Source: a virus
Lineage: Duplodnaviria; Caudoviricetes
Length of the DNA: 26,075 nucleotides
Virus record (IMG/VR): IMGVR_UViG_3300017700_000645
Location: 1 to 26,075 of that record
Strand: one strand, 5' to 3'
Under the pieces are notes generated by a model that saw nothing but the letters and a program-made list of their open reading frames with translations, searched no databases and was not told the origin of the DNA. Made by a program: the position numbers and the translations under genes. Numbering within the stretch: position 1 is the first letter of the stretch; every line of letters begins with the position of its first letter. Positions 23,148 through 26,075 of the stretch are shown here, in pieces.

Positions 23148-23357
23148 CTACCCCCGATCCCTAACCGCCTTAGCCTTGGCTCGGTCAAATTCTTCTGCAA
23201 AGTCAAACAACTCCTGCAACGGCGCTGTGATCGCGCTTGGGATCAACCGCCACACCCATACGGGTTGTGCGTCACGCGCTTGGCGGATGCGGTTGATCGT
23301 CACCAGAACGGGGTTGATGGCGGCGTCTATGCGGTCGGCTGTGGTGGGGCGGGTCAT
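23148..23357 (-). CDS. hypothetical protein
   Basis: 69-aa ORF convergent with and abutting the DUF4326 gene. Confidence 0.5.
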   Translation of the reverse strand: MTRPTTADRIDAAINPVLVTINRIRQARDAQPVWVWRLIPSAITAPLQELFDFAEEFDRAKAKAVRDRG

Positions 23358-23440
23358 GGGTGACAGGATAACACGATTGCTCTAGGGTGTCATTGCAGCG
23401 ATTTTGCTGCGCTCAGTCTCTGCGGAGACCGGAGGAAAAG

Positions 23441-23773
23441 ATGGTAGAACTGAAAAGCCGCGCCGGTGACATCGAATACAAGGTGCGCGAGGTCAAGCGA
23501 TACATTGTGACTCGATACGGGATCGGCCTTGGTAAGGGCGGGTTCCTGCAATCTTCTCTTCACGGAGAGTTTGACAATTGGGACACTGCATATCAGGTCG
23601 CATATGCTCTGTGCAAAAAAGAGCATGATGATCTAGGCTACGCTCCTGACGATACGCGGATTCAATACCCCAATTCACACGGCCCTGACTACCCGTGGAA
23701 CTACGGGACGGAGTCAATGGAAAATGTTTCCGAAGAGGCCGAAGTTAATGTGGTGAAAACCATAGCTGGCTAA
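23441..23773 (+). CDS. hypothetical phage protein (moron-like, opposite to the lysis genes)
   Basis: GGAGG RBS before ATG 23441; IEYKVR.VKRYIVTRY...GEFDN...AYQVAYALC. Confidence 0.8.
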   Translation: MVELKSRAGDIEYKVREVKRYIVTRYGIGLGKGGFLQSSLHGEFDNWDTAYQVAYALCKKEHDDLGYAPDDTRIQYPNSHGPDYPWNYGTESMENVSEEAEVNVVKTIAG

Positions 23774-23790
23774 AATAAGCGCCCTTGGTA

Positions 23791-24483
23791 TTATGCTGAG
23801 GGCGTTTTCTTCATCGCATCCTTCAAATCTGCACGAATATCAACCTTCTTGGCTCCAGACCAATCCGGTGCGTAGCTAGGCTTGCGAACCGGATAGACCG
23901 TCGCGTATCCATTGGCGGACCATTTGCCGTCAAAGAACAGATCGCACTCTTTCTGACGACGCTCGATGATCGCAGCAGGTTTTTTCCATTCCATGAACTT
24001 GGCGCGGGCTTCGTCTTCGCGACCTGCCAGCCACGACTTAACCCACGTCGCCCGGCCGATGGCTCCGGTGTTGTAGTGGAAGCTCAGCGCGGCCCCGAAC
24101 TGCGCTTCGGTCAGCTTACGGTCGCCAAACGCCTTTAGCACGTCGGGCGCATACTTCTCGTTTAGCAGCCAGACATAGACCTCTAGACACCGCTGGATGG
24201 TCTGGGGGTTGTCCTTGTAGCGCTCGACCGAATGACCCGATGCGGACGTTACGCCCACGCCCCAGGTCCACACGCCAACGCTGTCCTTGTAGGCTTCCTG
24301 AACGATGGCCTCGTGGGCGATCAGTTCAAGGGCGATGCGTTCGGTGACAGCGGATACAGCCGCAACCGGCATAACCTGATCCAGCGCCGCATAGGTGCGC
24401 GATCCGGCCCAACCGTCGCTGTCCAGACCGGCTCGGGTCTGGAACTCACGAACGAAGGCTTCGTTAGCGGCTTCGCGGGTCAC
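23791..24483 (-). CDS. endolysin: N-terminal peptidoglycan-binding domain plus GH24 lysozyme
   Basis: FQ...GLDSDGWAGSRTYAAL PG-binding motif; catalytic E-x8-D-x5-T (HEAIVQEAYKDSVGVWTWGVG); FHYNTG; ERRQKE. Confidence 0.92.
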   Translation of the reverse strand: MTREAANEAFVREFQTRAGLDSDGWAGSRTYAALDQVMPVAAVSAVTERIALELIAHEAIVQEAYKDSVGVWTWGVGVTSASGHSVERYKDNPQTIQRCLEVYVWLLNEKYAPDVLKAFGDRKLTEAQFGAALSFHYNTGAIGRATWVKSWLAGREDEARAKFMEWKKPAAIIERRQKECDLFFDGKWSANGYATVYPVRKPSYAPDWSGAKKVDIRADLKDAMKKTPSA

Positions 24484-24752
24484 TTCTTCGCCTCCGCGGC
24501 CTCAGCCGCCACATCAAGCGCCTTATCCGCACGGTCTGCATTGCGCTTGGAGCCACGGCTAGAGCCGATCCAATACCCGATCACAGCCGACATTCCGGCA
24601 ATAGACGCGCCCTGCATCTGACCGATGGCCTGTTCCGATCCAGCGGGCGGCTCAACAAAATACGCCGCCACATAACCGAATCCGAAAATCACGAACACGG
24701 CGAGCGAAACAAGGAACTCAGGACTACGCCACGAAATACGTTCTTCGGTCAT
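24480..24752 (-). CDS. probable holin (2 TM)
   Basis: Two hydrophobic helices, GYWIGSS motif, charged tail; immediately upstream of the endolysin. Confidence 0.7.
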   Translation of the reverse strand: MTEERISWRSPEFLVSLAVFVIFGFGYVAAYFVEPPAGSEQAIGQMQGASIAGMSAVIGYWIGSSRGSKRNADRADKALDVAAEAAEAKK

Positions 24753-25177
24753 CTCACCACCTGAAACTCTAGCCAAGGCGCAACCGCACTATCTGGCGAA
24801 CCGGAGCAATAGAACGACTCGCGCAAACGAACGCCATAGGTTCCCGCCGTGATGTTCTCCGGCAGTTCCAGTTCATAGCGCGCATCACCGTTCTGCTGAA
24901 GCGCACGAACCGGAGCGGGAAGGCGGGTGATCGTGCCAGAGAACGACCGCATGTCGGCTTGGACGCCGTTCGTGCATTGCACACTGTCACGACGCTTCGT
25001 TTCGGCCTGAACGATCAGCTTGCGGTCTGCGACGGGCGCATTCACGACCCGCAATGCTACCCATGTCAGACGCGGCGGCTCAAAGGCCCGCGTCAGGATA
25101 AAGCCCGCCATGATGAGGACGCCGACGAACGCCAGAGCCAACATTGTCTCGGCGGGGCGGGGGAACCGAACCCTCAT
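24749..25177 (-). CDS. membrane-anchored periplasmic protein of the lysis region
   Basis: N-terminal TM, beta-rich domain with two Cys; ATGA coupling. Confidence 0.65.
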   Translation of the reverse strand: MRVRFPRPAETMLALAFVGVLIMAGFILTRAFEPPRLTWVALRVVNAPVADRKLIVQAETKRRDSVQCTNGVQADMRSFSGTITRLPAPVRALQQNGDARYELELPENITAGTYGVRLRESFYCSGSPDSAVAPWLEFQVVR

Positions 25178-25485
25178 GGCTTCACCACCACCAGGGCCAC
25201 CAAGGCGACGATCACCGCCGTCAGCATGATCCCGCAAGCCCCTATGACGATCTTCTCAATGCGCTCAAAGCGGCTCTGCAACAGGGCGTGGTCGGACCGC
25301 GAAACGAAGTCAGCCTTCATCGCGCCTATGACGTTGTTCACCGCGTCAGCATGTTTACCAAGGGCTTCCGCCATACGGGCGAACTCGCGTTCAACCGTCT
25401 GTTTCAGACCTTCAACTTTTTCCTCTTGCCGTGCGAGAGCAATCCTCATGTCCACGTCAGGGTTTCCCGTTTCTTCATGCTGCAT
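25174..25485 (-). CDS. coiled-coil protein with C-terminal TM (XhlA/holin-like)
   Basis: Coiled coil followed by IVIGACGIMLTAVIVALVALVVV; start uncertain (25485 or 25539). Confidence 0.65.
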   Translation of the reverse strand: MQHEETGNPDVDMRIALARQEEKVEGLKQTVEREFARMAEALGKHADAVNNVIGAMKADFVSRSDHALLQSRFERIEKIVIGACGIMLTAVIVALVALVVVKP

Positions 25486-25495
25486 GGGCTCAGAT

Positions 25496-26044
25496 TCACT
25501 CACTGGCGGAAAGGTGTAGGTTGCGACCGGACCTGACATCAGATTGTCGATATAGGCCCTTGAGGGCTTCGTGGGTTGCGTGAGTCGCCCCATCGCCCAA
25601 GCGATAAGTCCTGCGCCGCTCAAGGAGAAGACGAACAAGCCAAGTGCGAGCGATTCCAACCAATTGTCCCCCACCCGGAATAGCGACTGCCAGCATCGTG
25701 GCGACGAAAAACAGGTTTAGTGAATGTGCATACCACAACCACAAGTCTATCCCATTCCAGTAAGCCAACCAATAGGCGGCATGGGCTAGCAGCGTGACGC
25801 AAAAGAGCGCCGGAGCCATCAGGCTCCAACGCTCTCTCGTGATGATCATCAGGGCCATAAGGCCCGCAATCAGATCAATCGGGGCCTTCATGGCGACTTC
25901 GTAAAGAATGTCTTCAATCAGGGCTTCCGAAAGCAGCATCTGGAAAACGCTCAAGGCGATAACCAAAAGCATCGGCCACGCACGACGATCCAAGGCCGCG
26001 ACGCCGCCCAGGACAATCGTAACGATCCAGACAAACTCAATCAT
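25496..26044 (-). CDS. multi-pass membrane protein
   Basis: About five hydrophobic segments followed by a basic tail; TGATG coupling to an upstream ORF. Confidence 0.75.
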   Translation of the reverse strand: MIEFVWIVTIVLGGVAALDRRAWPMLLVIALSVFQMLLSEALIEDILYEVAMKAPIDLIAGLMALMIITRERWSLMAPALFCVTLLAHAAYWLAYWNGIDLWLWYAHSLNLFFVATMLAVAIPGGGQLVGIARTWLVRLLLERRRTYRLGDGATHATHEALKGLYRQSDVRSGRNLHLSASE

Positions 26045-26075
26045 CAGCCACCGGGAGGCGGCGGAGGCGGCGGGC
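26044..26075 (-). CDS. 3' end of an ORF ending in PPPPPPPGG (partial)
   Basis: CCG CCG CCT CCG CCG CCT CCC GGT GGC TGA; its stop overlaps the next ATG. Confidence 0.45.
   Translation of the reverse strand, partial: PPPPPPPGG

Noticed and set aside
1-26075. Integrase, att site, CI-type repressor, tRNA or rRNA
   Set aside because: None recognisable in this window, so lifestyle (temperate or virulent) cannot be assigned
1-26075. Full CtrA boxes (TTAA-N7-TTAA)
   Set aside because: None noticed in the intergenic regions by eye; a PWM scan would be needed to exclude degenerate sites

Overview
This window is about 26 kb of a tailed dsDNA phage or prophage genome with a P22-like portal. The host is probably an alphaproteobacterium of the Caulobacter/Brevundimonas type, inferred from the SSB, GcrA-like, CtrA-like and KGG proteins. 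From left to right on the minus strand: the 5' part of the portal gene, three probable virion genes, a PBSX-type terminase large subunit, about 5 kb of small accessory genes, the terminase small subunit, an iteron-like repeat cluster (probable origin) and a primase-helicase. The accessory block includes HTH paralogs, a short C5-methyltransferase-like gene and a 70-aa stand-alone GGQ release-factor-like protein. Next come a plus-strand recombination operon (YqaJ exonuclease, ExoX-like exonuclease, candidate annealing protein, SSB) and a minus-strand VRR-NUC/SF2 helicase operon headed by a cluster of regulators: a GcrA split over two genes, a CtrA/OmpR-like winged helix and a Cro-like HTH. After these are a plus-strand run of small early genes and a minus-strand lysis region. 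No integrase, tRNA or CRISPR array was seen. The most notable observations are the minimal GGQ protein, the split GcrA/CtrA-like cluster, and a probable two-hairpin sRNA whose loop is complementary to a GATGGAGAGA ribosome-binding motif repeated in front of six phage genes. All family calls come from motif recognition by eye, not from database searches.
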